Of a stretch of DNA of 64,000 nucleotides, positions 50,356 through 62,001 are shown piece after piece. The first letter of the stretch is position 1, and each line of letters opens with the position of its first letter. The stretch covers positions 256,001 to 320,000 of the forward strand of contig CAVTRY010000012.1 of NCBI GenBank assembly GCA_963737265.1, written 5' to 3'. This DNA is from an uncultured delta proteobacterium. Lineage in GTDB: Bacteria; Myxococcota_A; Polyangia; Fen-1088. The notes below the pieces were generated by a model. That model did no database searches and was not told the DNA's origin. It saw nothing but the letters and a program-made list of their open reading frames with translations. The position numbers and the translations under genes are program-made.

Positions 50356-52395
50356 CTACTTTCCGTACCCGGCGGCCTGGGCGTTTTGCAGAACGGCGAG
50401 GTCGGTGGCGTCCGACGGCCGACCGGATGTGATGGCGCCTTCGAAGAAGGTTCCATATGACGAGTTGCTATTGTCGCCGCCGGTGCCAAGGAGGACGGCA
50501 CCCTGGAGGTTCCAGCCATTCCCTGGAGCCTTTCCGTCATAAGCCGTCGTCAATCCGCCGGATTGCGCGTCACCGATCCTCATCGCCCATTGCGGCGCAC
50601 CATTGGCCGTGTCGGTCTTCACGAGGCCGAAGGCGTAATCCCATGTCACCGTCGGATCATTGGGATTATTCGTGGCCGAATTTCCCGAGCCTCCGGTCCA
50701 AACGCCGCCCTCGGGGTCCATCATGAACCAGGGTCCATTGCCCGCGCCAGTGCCCCAAACGAACTTGTCTCCAAAGGATACCGTATCCATCGTGCCGGTA
50801 CCGCCGGTGCTGCAATTGTCGCGGTTCGCGCTTCCGAAGTCCCAACAGCACCCAGAGTTGGCACGCTTGCCGTCCACAACCATATACTCACTCTGACCCA
50901 CCGGCGGAGGGTTACCTTGCGGCAAGCCCGTGGCAGTGTCGTTCCGATAGCCGTCGTATTCCGTGCCGTTTGCATTGTGGCCGCCATAGGTTGAATCCGA
51001 AACCATGTAGAGCGCGTAAACCTTGTGCCCGTTCAACGTCAACGAGCGACCTTTCGCGTTTGACTCGGTATCGGGGGTTGTGACGTAGCACCCTTTGCCC
51101 GACACGATGAGATCGTTACCCTTGCCGGACTGATCGTAGATCTTCGCGATCGTGCATGCGGAGGCGCCGCAAGCCGCATCCTGGGAGGGCCCGTCGGCGT
51201 AGACGCCACCCGCGATCAGCCCAATATTTTGGAGCGTGCCACCCGTGCCAGAATTCGATCCCCCTATCCTTACCTGGTACAGGGGCCCGCTGTACTTGCT
51301 CGAGAGAAGCCGAACCGTGCTGAATGCCGCGACGCACGGCGTGCCGCTGGCAGCGTAGATGTCGCAGGGGCCCTGGAGGGCGCAAGTCGCGCCGGTACAG
51401 GCGGTCGCGCCGCCCGAGCCAGGCGCACCACCCGACGAGCCAGTCGCGCCACCCGAGCCAGTTTTGCCGCCAGCACCGGTCGCTCCGCCCGAGCCAGTCG
51501 CGCCGCCTGCGCCGGTCGCTCCGCCCGAGCCAGTCGCGCCGCCTGCGCCCGTCGCACCGCCCGATCCGGTCGCGCCGCCCGAGCCGGTTGCGCTGCTACT
51601 CTGAAACACGACCGTACCCGTCGTTGTCGGGCTGGGCGTTTTCGGGGTCCAGGTCATCGTGTTTCCGGAGACGCAGTAGTCGTAGGTGTCGGTCTGGTCG
51701 ATTGTGATCTGGTTATTCGCGGTCGTGAAATTCCCGCTTGTCGATGCGGCACTCGATACCAGTCCAACCGAGCCAGGCTGATCGACGGTGGCCGAGCAAG
51801 TGCACCCACCGCCAGTCGGAGCGGCCGTACAGCTGACCGAGGAGTAGCCTAGGGCTTGAAGAGGTCCATTGAGACCATCGCATGTGATGGTGGTGCCAGA
51901 GAAACTCAGGCACGCAGCTATCAACGTGAGCTGCTCGTTGCCCGTGGTCGTTGTGTTGTCCGCATACGTCCCGTTGGCGTTGGCGCTCCACGTTCCGGAC
52001 ACCTGGAGGGAGCCTGTGACCTGAGCGGTGCAACCCGGGACGAAGAAATTCGACATATCCAGCGCACCGCTCACATTCAGGCATGGCGACGACACGTTCC
52101 AGGTTCCGACGACGCTACCGACGCATGGGGTCACGTTGGAACAGGATCCCGTCGCTCCCCCGCTGCCAGAGCTTCCGCCGGCACCCGAACCGCCGCTTCC
52201 GCTGCCCCCTGAAGAGGTGGTGATCGACGCATCGGGTTTCCCGCCGCTGCCCCCGCCGCCAGAAGCAGAAGCGCCGCCACTCCCGCTCGCGCCGCCAGAG
52301 CCACTGCTGGGGCTGGAAGTGCTGGTGCAACCCCAGGAGCAAATGCCCACGAGGGCGACCGCCAAGAGTTCGTTCGAAAAATTCCTTGTTCTCAT
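50356..52395 (-). CDS. abfB: GH54 alpha-L-arabinofuranosidase B lipoprotein
   Basis: GPCDIYAASGTPCVAA, NSGCCWDFG and GTGGDNSNSSYGTFFEG motifs; lipobox SWGC. Confidence 0.9.
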   Translation of the reverse strand: MRTRNFSNELLAVALVGICSWGCTSTSSPSSGSGGASGSGGASASGGGGSGGKPDASITTSSGGSGSGGSGAGGSSGSGGATGSCSNVTPCVGSVVGTWNVSSPCLNVSGALDMSNFFVPGCTAQVTGSLQVSGTWSANANGTYADNTTTTGNEQLTLIAACLSFSGTTITCDGLNGPLQALGYSSVSCTAAPTGGGCTCSATVDQPGSVGLVSSAASTSGNFTTANNQITIDQTDTYDYCVSGNTMTWTPKTPSPTTTGTVVFQSSSATGSGGATGSGGATGAGGATGSGGATGAGGATGSGGATGAGGKTGSGGATGSSGGAPGSGGATACTGATCALQGPCDIYAASGTPCVAAFSTVRLLSSKYSGPLYQVRIGGSNSGTGGTLQNIGLIAGGVYADGPSQDAACGASACTIAKIYDQSGKGNDLIVSGKGCYVTTPDTESNAKGRSLTLNGHKVYALYMVSDSTYGGHNANGTEYDGYRNDTATGLPQGNPPPVGQSEYMVVDGKRANSGCCWDFGSANRDNCSTGGTGTMDTVSFGDKFVWGTGAGNGPWFMMDPEGGVWTGGSGNSATNNPNDPTVTWDYAFGLVKTDTANGAPQWAMRIGDAQSGGLTTAYDGKAPGNGWNLQGAVLLGTGGDNSNSSYGTFFEGAITSGRPSDATDLAVLQNAQAAGYGK

Positions 52396-52577
52396 CGAAA
52401 GCTTACCTCCGGGGTGAAAGGCGGGAACGAGCCAGCCGTCATTTTGAGTGGTTAATGTGGTAAAGCAGTCTAAAGCTTCAATCGGAGTGTGGGGACGGTG
52501 CGGTACAAGGGAACGCCACAAGGCGATCCAATGTGGTTGTCCGCCTTTGCCCCTGCCCCGCGTAATCTTGCCGAGCT

Positions 52578-52648
52578 CTATTTTCCGTACCCAGCGGCCT
52601 GGGCGTTTTGCAGGACGGCGAGGTCGGTGGCGTCCGACGGCCGGCCGG
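52578..52648 (-). pseudogene. Orphan 3' end of a second abfB copy
   Basis: Near-identical to 50356-50426, including the stop codon. Confidence 0.8.
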
Positions 52649-52847
52649 CAAGAAAAGCGGACTGGATTTTCATCACACGTCTCCTTTGTTTTGGAACCCG
52701 GAACCTCAGGGAGTCGAGAGAGCGCCGGTGGCAGCGCTCATCTCTCAGCAGACAGCTACTAATGTTATTAGCCTCTCGAAATTGTCAGAATAAATCATCA
52801 AATCGACAAACCCGACGCGTTACGGTGTCCCACCGTCTGCAACGCGC

Positions 52848-54032
52848 TCATGGGCCGTCGCCCGCCGGTCGCGTTGAGAATTGGTAGGTGGTGGTCTGCG
52901 TGTAGGTCTGCCCCGGCCGCAGCACTGCACTGGGGAACGTCGGATGGTTCGGCGCATCCGGAAATAGCTGTGCTTCCAGACACAGCGCCGTGCGGTGCTG
53001 ATACGCCACGCCGTTCTTGCCATGGATGGTCCCATTGAGGAAATTGCCTGAATAGAACTGGATGCCAGGCTGATCGGTGAGGATCCGCATGACGATTCCA
53101 CTGGTCGGGTCGTATAGCTCGGCTACCTTGCGCACCTTCTTGCCGGGGTTGCGCAGAACCCAGTTGTGATCGTAGCCCTTGCCGAGCTCGAGCTGCGCGT
53201 CCTTAGCGTCAATGCGGGCGCCAATCTTGGTCGCCTTGCGGAAATCCATCGGTGTGCCGGCGACGTCCGCCAGCTTTCCGGTCGGAATGAGGCCTGGACC
53301 GACTGGGGTCGTCTTTTCAGCATCGATCATCAGTTCCTCGTCGAGGATGGTTCGCGTGGGATCGCCACTGAGGTTGAAATAGGAATGGTGGGTCGGGTTG
53401 AGGATGGTGGGCTTGTCGGTCGTTCCCCGGTAGTCGATGCGCAGCCCGTTGTCGCGTGTCAGCGTGTAGGTCACGGCGAGCGTGACCTTTCCGGGATATC
53501 CTTCTTCGCCGTCCTTGCTCACATAGGTGAGCTTCACGCCGGGGCCTTCCTTGCCTTTTACCGGCTCCGCCTTCCACAGCTTCTTGAAGAAGCCGTGGGC
53601 GCCTCCGTGCAAGTGGTTGGGCCCGTTATTAATGTCCAATTGATAGCGCGTGCCATCGAGCGTGAATTTGCCTTCGGCGATGCGGTTTCCATAGCGTCCG
53701 ACGGTGGACCCGAAGAAATCCTTGTCTTTGACGTACCCAGCGAGATCGTCGTAGCCGAGGACAACATCGCGCGGCTTTCCTTGCCGGTCCGGAACCTTCA
53801 GCGAGACGACAATGGCGCCGTAGTTGATGATTTTCGCCTCGGCGCCTGATGGGTTGGTGAGCGTGTAGAGGGTCACCTTGCCGCCGTCCTCGAGGGTACC
53901 GAAGGCAGTTTCAGCGACCGATGGCTCGGCCTTCTTGCCGGGCTCGGCGGATGCCGTCGCCGCTGCCACCATCGGCAGCGCAAACGCCAGGACAAATGCT
54001 GACAGATTCGATTTCACGGCCATAGCTGCCAT
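52848..54032 (-). CDS. galM: Aldose 1-epimerase with a signal peptide
   Basis: GRYGNRI, NHLHGG, HSYFNL, GYDHN and CLEAQ motifs. Confidence 0.96.
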   Translation of the reverse strand: MAAMAVKSNLSAFVLAFALPMVAAATASAEPGKKAEPSVAETAFGTLEDGGKVTLYTLTNPSGAEAKIINYGAIVVSLKVPDRQGKPRDVVLGYDDLAGYVKDKDFFGSTVGRYGNRIAEGKFTLDGTRYQLDINNGPNHLHGGAHGFFKKLWKAEPVKGKEGPGVKLTYVSKDGEEGYPGKVTLAVTYTLTRDNGLRIDYRGTTDKPTILNPTHHSYFNLSGDPTRTILDEELMIDAEKTTPVGPGLIPTGKLADVAGTPMDFRKATKIGARIDAKDAQLELGKGYDHNWVLRNPGKKVRKVAELYDPTSGIVMRILTDQPGIQFYSGNFLNGTIHGKNGVAYQHRTALCLEAQLFPDAPNHPTFPSAVLRPGQTYTQTTTYQFSTRPAGDGP

Positions 54033-54041
54033 GCTCCCGGG

Positions 54042-55550
54042 CTACCACATGGCTTCGGCTTGCAGGCCGGCCGTGGTGCCGCTCAACTTGAATACGCCGG
54101 TATTGGGGTCGGGGTCGGTGTACAATCTGCCAGAATCGACGGTGGCGATTGCGGCATTCTTATCCCACACCGCCCACGTGACGAAGAGGCGAAGCTCCGG
54201 GCGGGCCCAAAATCCCTTGGCCGAGGTGAGCGCAAGGGCGCCGGTGAGCTTGGTCAACTGGCGGCTTCCTTGGGTGTTGGTCGGACTGAGTTGGTCGTGA
54301 CCGACCTCGCCGAGCAGCTTGGCGTGCTGGGTGAACGCGAAGCTCAAACGTGTGCCGGCGGAAATCCAAGTCCCGGCGGCCGGACCAGAGTTCTTGTCAC
54401 GCTGATACACGAGGTTCGCCTGCAGGCCGAGCCAGTCGGTGGGCTGAATGGTGAGCACATCGAGGGCCCGAATCCGCCACGAGCTGGTTTCGTTATTGAG
54501 CGAGAAATCCGGGTAATAGAAGCGCGAGAGGGTCCCAAAACCCGTACCACCGCCTCTTCCATATTGGACGGCCACCTTGTTGTCGCCGCCGAGCACTTCC
54601 TGCACGTACCGGAAGGTACCACCCCAACCGCCATAAGTTGTGGCGGGATTGCCGTTGGAATCTACGCTTCCGCTCCAATCCAAGATGTACTGGAACCCGA
54701 ATTGCAGCTCACCGCTTTCCCACGGCCGGAGCCCTCGAAGCTGGAAATCGTTGCGAATGCCGAGGCCATATAGGTCCGGCAACGCCGGCGTCCCAGAAGG
54801 CTGTCCGTCGACGGCGAAGGCACCATAGCTGAACGTCAGGTCGCGCACAGCGTTCCCGCTCCACCCGAATGCCTTGCCGAGTCTGATGTCCTCGATTCCC
54901 GCACCCACACCCGAGGGATTCCAATAGAAGAAGTCGCTGATGTAGACGCTTTCGCGCTTGTAATAGCGGGTACCAACCCAGGCCGTCCCGCCGAAGAGCC
55001 ACGGAATACCCTGGATGTCGGCGTAGAGATTGGGGAAGGCCACAGTCGCGCCGGTACCTGGCGAGCCCTTGTCCGACGAGGTGACCCCGGTCGGAGTATA
55101 GCCGATATAGGTCGTCGGTATGTAGGCAACTGGCATGAAGTGCAAGTGCGCGACCGAGCCATCCTCCCCAGCGTAGACCACCGTCGTGGTGTGCAGCTCG
55201 CCCCACACCTCGCACTCGTTGCCAAGCCGGTACTTGGAGAGCAAGCCGCCAATATTGAGTTGGAAGCAGGTCTGGCGGCCCTTTTCGCGGACGTTTGCGC
55301 CGAAACCGCCACGAAAGTATCCGTTCACGGTCATGTCGCCGACTTTGGGTTTGGCGGCTGGAACAGCGGCCGGCGCGGCGGAATCACCCACCGCGGCGAC
55401 GGGCGCCACCGGCGCCGGCTGCTCGGCCTTTTGTTCGTCAGTGGGCGCTTGGACGCCGGCGACTGTGGATTCCTCGGCGAAGGCAGAAGGCGACAGGAAG
55501 CCCGTCACTAGCAATCCCCATAGCCCTGATAGCTGTAATACTCGTCGCAT
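54042..55550 (-). CDS. LamB-type carbohydrate porin
   Basis: GYFRGG, KYRLGNECE, RPELRLF and terminal QAEAMW. Confidence 0.92.
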   Translation of the reverse strand: MRRVLQLSGLWGLLVTGFLSPSAFAEESTVAGVQAPTDEQKAEQPAPVAPVAAVGDSAAPAAVPAAKPKVGDMTVNGYFRGGFGANVREKGRQTCFQLNIGGLLSKYRLGNECEVWGELHTTTVVYAGEDGSVAHLHFMPVAYIPTTYIGYTPTGVTSSDKGSPGTGATVAFPNLYADIQGIPWLFGGTAWVGTRYYKRESVYISDFFYWNPSGVGAGIEDIRLGKAFGWSGNAVRDLTFSYGAFAVDGQPSGTPALPDLYGLGIRNDFQLRGLRPWESGELQFGFQYILDWSGSVDSNGNPATTYGGWGGTFRYVQEVLGGDNKVAVQYGRGGGTGFGTLSRFYYPDFSLNNETSSWRIRALDVLTIQPTDWLGLQANLVYQRDKNSGPAAGTWISAGTRLSFAFTQHAKLLGEVGHDQLSPTNTQGSRQLTKLTGALALTSAKGFWARPELRLFVTWAVWDKNAAIATVDSGRLYTDPDPNTGVFKLSGTTAGLQAEAMW

Positions 55551-55621
55551 GGTTGACCTTTCCTCTCGTGTGTTACAGTGGCTAGAACTTCGTATCGGTC
55601 ATCGTCTACCGGAAACGGTAG

Positions 55622-57358
55622 CTACCAGAAGCAGTAGTAGAAAATGCCGATAATAGTTACGATAATTGCGCTGTGGATGACGTCCCAGTAGTTCCAGCTA
55701 GCGCGGGTGGCGGCTTTCTCTTCGGCGGTCGCGCCGTAATAGGTGTAGCGCACGGTGCTTGGATCGGGTGCCTTGGTGAACGCGCTAATGGCGAAGACTA
55801 GGACGGCGCAAAGGATCAGCAGACCTTCCGCGAAGTACAGCCAGTGGATCTGCTGCAGGCCGAACAAGATGCCATACCGGTCGCGGAGCATGTCGGCGGT
55901 CGCGACCCCTTCTTTGAGCGGGCGCTCGATGAGCAGATCGAGGCCGAGACGGAGGAAGCCGCCCACCGCGCCGACCAGGAAGGCCCAGAAGGCGGCGGGA
56001 GCCGTGGCGCGTTTCCAGAAGATGCCCATCACAAAAAGCACCGCGATGGCGGGCGACATGTAGCCTTGCACGCTTTGCAGGTATTCGTAGAGGTTCTTGC
56101 CGAGGCTCTTCATCACCAGCACCCACAGGATGCCGACCAGCACGATGACCGCGGTGGACATACGCCCCACGAAGACCTGGGTCTTGCCCGAGGCATTGGG
56201 CCGCCACTTCTGGAAGAAGTCCATGGTGACCAAGGTGGCGGACGCGTTGTACTTCGAGGCCAGCGACGCCATCAGGGCGGTCAGCATGCCGCACGCCACG
56301 ATGCCACGGATGCCGTGGGGCAGGAGCTGGGCGACGAGGCTGGTGTAGGCTTGGTCGCCATTCCCCGCGGTGGTGAAGCCGCTTCCGGGCGTGCTGAAGA
56401 GCGCGAAGGCGATCATGCCGGGAATCAGGAAGATGAACACCGGCGTGAGCTTGAGGTAGCCGGCCAGGATGCTGCCGCGCCGGCTTTCTTTCTGGTTCTT
56501 GCCGGCCAGCACGCGCTGGACGATGTACTGGTCGGTGCACCAGTACCAGAACCCGATGATGGCCGACCCCGGCAGCACCGCCAGCCAGGGGAACCTCGCG
56601 TCCGAGTTGGAACGGATGAGGTGGATGTTGCTTCCCGCCGAGTCGAGCATCTTGTGCCAACCGGCGACCAGGTTGCCCGCGCCCAGCTTGTCGAGGCCAA
56701 TATAGAGGATGCAGATGGACCCAAACAGCAAGACGGGTGTTTGCAGTACGGCGGTGTACATGATAACGCGCAAGCCGCCGAGCGCCGTGTAGATTCCGGT
56801 GGCCACGGCAAGTCCGACGGAAACCACCCAAAAGAGCGGTATCTCGTGTCCCAACATGGACACGCTGTCTCGGCCGAGCAACACAGTGAAGACCACGTCC
56901 GCGGCATAAAGGGTCGCGGCGATCTTGGTGAGCACCAGGCTGGCGATAGTGAGAAAACTCAGGATGGAGCGCGATCCAGGAGAAAAGCGCCGTTCCAGGA
57001 ATTCCGGCATGGTGAAGACCTGGATGCGGTCGTAGATGGGCACGAAGACCCAGCCCAAAATCAGGATGATCCAGGCCTGAATTTCCCAGTGTGCCATGGC
57101 CATGCCCGACGCGAAGCCCGCGCCGGCCAAGCCCACGAGATGCTCGGAACCAATGTTGGAGGAATAGATCGAGGTGCCGATCTGCAGCCATCCCGCCTGG
57201 CGCCCGGAAAGAAAATAGTCGGTGCCGGATTGGGCCTTCTTGCGCGTGGAGGCCCACACCACCACCACCATCCCGAGAAGGAACAGCACGATGACCAGCC
57301 AGTCGAGCCCGTTGAAAACCGAGCCTGTGTTGTGCGCCGCCAGCAGCGGTAGGTTCAT
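55622..57358 (-). CDS. Sodium:solute symporter (sugar)
   Basis: DYFLSGR, SNIGSEHLVGLAG, TMPEFLERRF and WYWCTDQYIVQR motifs. Confidence 0.95.
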   Translation of the reverse strand: MNLPLLAAHNTGSVFNGLDWLVIVLFLLGMVVVVWASTRKKAQSGTDYFLSGRQAGWLQIGTSIYSSNIGSEHLVGLAGAGFASGMAMAHWEIQAWIILILGWVFVPIYDRIQVFTMPEFLERRFSPGSRSILSFLTIASLVLTKIAATLYAADVVFTVLLGRDSVSMLGHEIPLFWVVSVGLAVATGIYTALGGLRVIMYTAVLQTPVLLFGSICILYIGLDKLGAGNLVAGWHKMLDSAGSNIHLIRSNSDARFPWLAVLPGSAIIGFWYWCTDQYIVQRVLAGKNQKESRRGSILAGYLKLTPVFIFLIPGMIAFALFSTPGSGFTTAGNGDQAYTSLVAQLLPHGIRGIVACGMLTALMASLASKYNASATLVTMDFFQKWRPNASGKTQVFVGRMSTAVIVLVGILWVLVMKSLGKNLYEYLQSVQGYMSPAIAVLFVMGIFWKRATAPAAFWAFLVGAVGGFLRLGLDLLIERPLKEGVATADMLRDRYGILFGLQQIHWLYFAEGLLILCAVLVFAISAFTKAPDPSTVRYTYYGATAEEKAATRASWNYWDVIHSAIIVTIIGIFYYCFW

Positions 57359-57429
57359 GTTGGCACTCCCATCCGGAGGCGTTCCCCGTTGGCTTGCTCC
57401 TTGACGATCGCTCGTGCTGCTTCCATGGT

Positions 57430-57445
57430 CCGTGTACGTACACGG
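57430..57445. promoter_or_regulatory. LacI-type operator 1
   Basis: Perfect palindrome CCGTGTACGTACACGG just downstream of a minus-strand TTGACG-N17-TACACG promoter-like sequence. Confidence 0.85.
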
Positions 57446-57740
57446 CCCGTCTCGTGTACCATTGCCCCATTTTTCCGTCAACCCCCAAAACGACTGGGCG
57501 GGTCGCACCGGCCCGGCTCTTACATCCACTTTCTCGACGGACACACCGATATGTAGCCGCCTCGCCCCGCGTATCGGGCGAGGGCGCGGCGAAGCCGCGG
57601 GGGGTGGGGTTGGGAGGGGTGGACCCGAAGTGCCCCGGGCGGAGAGGTCGCCTCGCGCAGCAAGGTGGGTGAGGGGAGGGGTCGATGCAACGTACCCAAC
57701 AACCTTTGGGGTTGACGGAGAACTAGGGCGATGGTACAGA

Positions 57741-57756
57741 CCGTGTACGTACACGG
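57741..57756. promoter_or_regulatory. LacI-type operator 2
   Basis: Identical palindrome after TTGACG (57712)-N17-TACAGA, 3 bp before the regulator ATG. Confidence 0.85.
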
Positions 57757-57759
57757 GCC

Positions 57760-58857
57760 ATGGGAACGACACGCGCGACCGTCAAGGAAATAGCCCGTCT
57801 CGCGGGCGTTTCCATCGGCACCGTCGATCGGGTGCTGCACGATAGAGGCGAGGTCTCGGCCGACACCAAGGCGAAGGTCGGCGCGATTGTAGCTACCCTG
57901 GGCTACGAGCCCAATATCATGGCCCGACAGCTCGCAAAGGGCAGGGTCTATACCTTCCGCGCAATTTTTCCTCGCGCCGAACAGGACTCGGGCTACTGGG
58001 CACTGTGCCTCGCCGGCATCCACCGCGCCGAACGCGACCTGGCGCCCTATGGAACGAGGCTCAGGGTGCACGAATTCGATCGCTACGACCGAGCCTCCTA
58101 CCGCGCCCTGCTTAAAGACATCGTGGTCGAGCCGTGCGACGGTCTCCTCATAGCCCCGGTGCTGCCCGACGATCTTTTGCCGGCGCTGGACAAATTGAGC
58201 GACAGGGCCCGCGCGGGCCGCGCCGGCGGCCCCGCGCCCTACGTCTTCTTCGACTGCGACGCCGAGGGTGCCAGCCCGCTCGCGGCCATCGGTCAAGACG
58301 CCCGACGCGGAGGTTACCTCGCCGGACGTATGATGTCCGTGCTCGCGAAGGGACGCGGGCCGCTCGTCGCGGTGAGTGCCCACGCTGGAGACCGGCACAT
58401 TAGGTTGCGCATCGAGGGCTTCGAGACTTTCTTTCGCGATGTGAGCAATGGAAAATCAGGGGCCGGATCGCGCAAGGTCGTGGTGACGGAATGCCGGGGA
58501 CTCGAGAGCGCCGAGGACTGCGAGCGTACCCTCGGCCAGATCTTTAGCTCCAATCGCGACGTCGCGGGGATTTTGGTCGCCAATGCCTCGGGCCATATCG
58601 CGGGCGAATGGCTTGCCGCAAAAGGCGCCAAGGAAAACTGCGCCGTCGTCTCGTGGGACTTGGTGCCGGCCAACGCGCAAGCTCTCCGCGAGGACAAGAT
58701 CGACTGCATCGTCTCTCAACACCCCGCCGAGCAGGCGCGCGAGGGTCTCGAGAGGCTCTACAAGGCAGTCGTCCGCGGCGAGGCGGATTCCTCGCCCGCA
58801 TCGATTCCGCTCGAAGTGTATTTCAAAGAGAACCTGCCAGAGAAGGAGTTGGAATGA
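57760..58857 (+). CDS. LacI-family transcriptional regulator of the arabinose locus
   Basis: TVKEIARLAGVSIGTVDRVLH...LGYEPN. Confidence 0.95.
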   Translation: MGTTRATVKEIARLAGVSIGTVDRVLHDRGEVSADTKAKVGAIVATLGYEPNIMARQLAKGRVYTFRAIFPRAEQDSGYWALCLAGIHRAERDLAPYGTRLRVHEFDRYDRASYRALLKDIVVEPCDGLLIAPVLPDDLLPALDKLSDRARAGRAGGPAPYVFFDCDAEGASPLAAIGQDARRGGYLAGRMMSVLAKGRGPLVAVSAHAGDRHIRLRIEGFETFFRDVSNGKSGAGSRKVVVTECRGLESAEDCERTLGQIFSSNRDVAGILVANASGHIAGEWLAAKGAKENCAVVSWDLVPANAQALREDKIDCIVSQHPAEQAREGLERLYKAVVRGEADSSPASIPLEVYFKENLPEKELE

Positions 58858-60512
58858 CCGTCAAGAAGGGACAAGACTACGTCCTCGGCATCGATTTCGG
58901 CACCGACTCGGTTCGGGCCCTCGTCGTGGACGCGGCCGACGGGTCGAGCGCGGGCACGGCGGTAAGCGCGTACAAGCGCTGGGCCACGGGCGAATTCTGC
59001 GACGCCCGCTCCAACCGCTTTCGCCAGCATCCCCTCGACTACGTCGAAGGAATCGAGGACGCCACCCGGCGAGCCCTCGCCGAGGCGGGCGCCGCGGCCG
59101 CCGCCAAGGTGCGGGGTATCACCATCGACACGACGGGCTCCACCCCGTGCCTCGCCGACGAGACGGGCACGCCACTCGCAATCAATCCCGAATTCGCAGC
59201 GGAGCCCGATGCGATGTTCGTCCTGTGGAAAGACCACACGGCTGTCGCCCAGGCTGAGCGGATCAATGAGCTTGCCCGCAGTTGGGGCGGCGAGGACTTC
59301 ACCAAGTACGAAGGCGGCATCTACTCCTCCGAGTGGTTCTGGGCTAAGGTGCTTCGGCTCGTCTTGAACAAGACCAGGGCCGCCGCCGCTGCCCGCACCA
59401 TAGTCGAGCACTGCGATTGGATGCCTGCCCTACTCACCGGGACGAAAGATCTGGCCCAGTACAAGCGCAGCCGCTGCGCCGCCGGGCACAAGGCGATGTG
59501 GCACGCGTCTTGGGGCGGATATCCACCCGCCGCCTTCCTCGACAAGCTCGGTCCCCGACTCTCGGAGCTCGCTGCCTCCCTCGGCACGGACACCTACACG
59601 GCCGAGACTCCCTTCGGCAAGCTCAGCGCGGAATGGGCCAAGCGCCTCGGCCTGTCGACCGAGGTGGTGGTGTCGGTGGGCGCTTTCGACGCGCACATCG
59701 GCGCGGTGGGCGGCGACGTGGCACCCGGCACGCTGCTCAAGATCATGGGCACGAGTACCTGCGACATCATGATCGGCCCGAGGCCCACGGGCGCGGAGAA
59801 GCTCGTGCGCGGGATCTGCGGCCAGATGGACGGCTCGGTCGTGCAGGGCATGATCGGCTACGAGGCGGGGCAGTCGGCCTTCGGCGATGTCTTCGCCTGG
59901 TTCCGCAAAATCCTCGCCTGGCCGGCCCGCGCCCTGCCAGGACTCGGCGACCCGCAGGCGATCGAGGACAAGCTCCTCCCCGCCCTCGAGGCCGAGGCCG
60001 CCAAGATCGACCCCTCCCTGTCGGGCCTGGTGGCCCTCGACTGGCACAACGGCCGCCGCACGCCCGACGCCGACCAGGCCCTGACCGGCGCGCTCGCCGG
60101 AATCAGCCTCGGCACCGACGCGCCCGCGGTCTACCGCGCCCTAATCGAGTCGGCCGCCTTCGGCTCGCGCGCCATTGTGGAGCGCCTACGTTCCGAGGGC
60201 GTGAAGGTCGAGCGCGTAGCCGCCATCGGTGGCGTCGCCCGCAAGAGTCCCCTCGTGATGCAGATTTGCGCCGACGTCCTCGGCATGGACATCTCGGTCT
60301 CCGCCAACGACCAGTCCGTCGCGCTCGGCGGCGCCATGTTCGCCGCCACGGCGGCCGGCCTCTATCCCGACGCCCTCGCGGCCCAGGCCGCCATGCGCGC
60401 CCCGGTCGAGCACGTCTACAAGCCCGATCCGGCGCGTCGCGCCGCCTACGACAAGATTTACCTGAAATACAAGGCACTCGGCGCCTTTGCCGAAAAGGAG
60501 ATGCGCAAATGA
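58854..60512 (+). CDS. araB: L-ribulokinase
   Basis: [26 protein letters not shown] and DWHNGRRTP motifs. Confidence 0.96.
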   Translation: MTVKKGQDYVLGIDFGTDSVRALVVDAADGSSAGTAVSAYKRWATGEFCDARSNRFRQHPLDYVEGIEDATRRALAEAGAAAAAKVRGITIDTTGSTPCLADETGTPLAINPEFAAEPDAMFVLWKDHTAVAQAERINELARSWGGEDFTKYEGGIYSSEWFWAKVLRLVLNKTRAAAAARTIVEHCDWMPALLTGTKDLAQYKRSRCAAGHKAMWHASWGGYPPAAFLDKLGPRLSELAASLGTDTYTAETPFGKLSAEWAKRLGLSTEVVVSVGAFDAHIGAVGGDVAPGTLLKIMGTSTCDIMIGPRPTGAEKLVRGICGQMDGSVVQGMIGYEAGQSAFGDVFAWFRKILAWPARALPGLGDPQAIEDKLLPALEAEAAKIDPSLSGLVALDWHNGRRTPDADQALTGALAGISLGTDAPAVYRALIESAAFGSRAIVERLRSEGVKVERVAAIGGVARKSPLVMQICADVLGMDISVSANDQSVALGGAMFAATAAGLYPDALAAQAAMRAPVEHVYKPDPARRAAYDKIYLKYKALGAFAEKEMRK

Positions 60513-61994
60513 TCGACCTCAAAAAGTTCGAAATCTATTTCGTGACCGGTAGCCAGGATCTGTACGGCGCCGAAACACTCAGGAAAGTCGACGAGCATTC
60601 GAAAGCCATGGTCGAGGCCCTCGACCCCAAGCTGCCCTGCAAGCTCATCTGGAAACCTGTGGTGAAGGGGTCGGATGCCATCCTGGCCCTGGTTCGCGAA
60701 GCCAACTCCAACCCGAATTGCGCGGGCATCGTCACGTGGATGCACACCTTCAGCCCGTCGAAGATGTGGATCGCCGGCCTCACCCAGCTAGCCAAGCCGC
60801 TGTGCCACCTGCACACCCAGTTCAACCGCGACATCCCGTGGGATTCCATCGATATGGACTTCATGAACCTCAACCAGTCGGCCCACGGCGACCGGGAGCA
60901 CGGCTTCATCGGCGCGCGCTTGCGCCTGCCGCGCAAGGTAGTCGTGGGGCACTGGGAGGCGCCCGCCGTCCTCGACAAGCTGTCCGGCTGGATGCGCACG
61001 GCGTCCGCCTTCGCCGACGGGCGTAGCCTCAAGGTCGCCCGCTTCGGCGACAACATGCGCGAAGTGGCGGTCACCGAGGGCGACAAGGTCGAGGCCCAGA
61101 TCAAGCTAGGCTGGTCCATCAACGGCTACGGCGTGGGCGACCTGGTCAAGGTTGTGAAGGAGATCTCCGACTCCGAGGTGGAGAAGCTGGTCAAGGTCTA
61201 CGCCGACGAGTACGAGATCGCCCCCGACGCCAAGTCAGGCGCAGGCCTTGAGCGCGTGAAGGTGCAGGCTCGCATCGAGCTCGGCCTCAAGACCTTCCTC
61301 GAGGGCGGGAAATTCGGCGCCTACACCGATACCTTCGAAGATCTCCACGGTCTGTCCCAGCTTCCCGGCCTCGCCTCCCAGCGCTTGATGGCGGCCGGGT
61401 ACGGCTTCGGCGCCGAGGGCGACTGGAAGACCTCGGCCCTGGTGCGGGCCATGAAGGTCATGGCCAACGGCCTCGGCGGGGCCTCCTTCCTCGAAGACTA
61501 CACCTACAACCTCGACCCGGCCGCGCCGGCCGGTTCTTGGTTCGCACATGCTCGAGATCTGTCCCTCCATCGCGAAGGGCAAGCCGAGGCTCGAGGTCCA
61601 TCCCCTCGGCATTGGCGGCAAGGACGACCCCGCGCGGCTCGTCTTCGCCGGCGATCCCGGTCCCGCTCTCAACGCAACCCTGGTCGACATGGGCGGCCGC
61701 ATGCGGCTCATCCTCAACGAGGTCGACGCCATCGAGGCCAAGGCGATGCCGAAGCTTCCCGTGGCCCGCGTCCTGCTCAAGCCCAGGCCCGACCTCGAGC
61801 GCGCCGCGGAGAGCTGGATCATCGCCGGTGGCGCCCACCACACTGGCTACTCGCGCATCGTCAAGACCGAGTGGATGCGCGACTGGGCCGAGATGGCCGG
61901 GATCGAATGCCTCGTCATCGACGCCAAGACCGACCCCAACGAGCTCCGCAAGGAGATCCGCTGGAACGAGATCGGTTATCGGCTCGGGATGTGA
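60509..61994 (+). CDS. araA: L-arabinose isomerase (+1 frameshift near 61532, probably a sequencing error)
   Basis: [38 protein letters not shown] and AGGAHHT motifs. Confidence 0.95.
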
Positions 61995-62001
61995 GCAGGC
62001 C

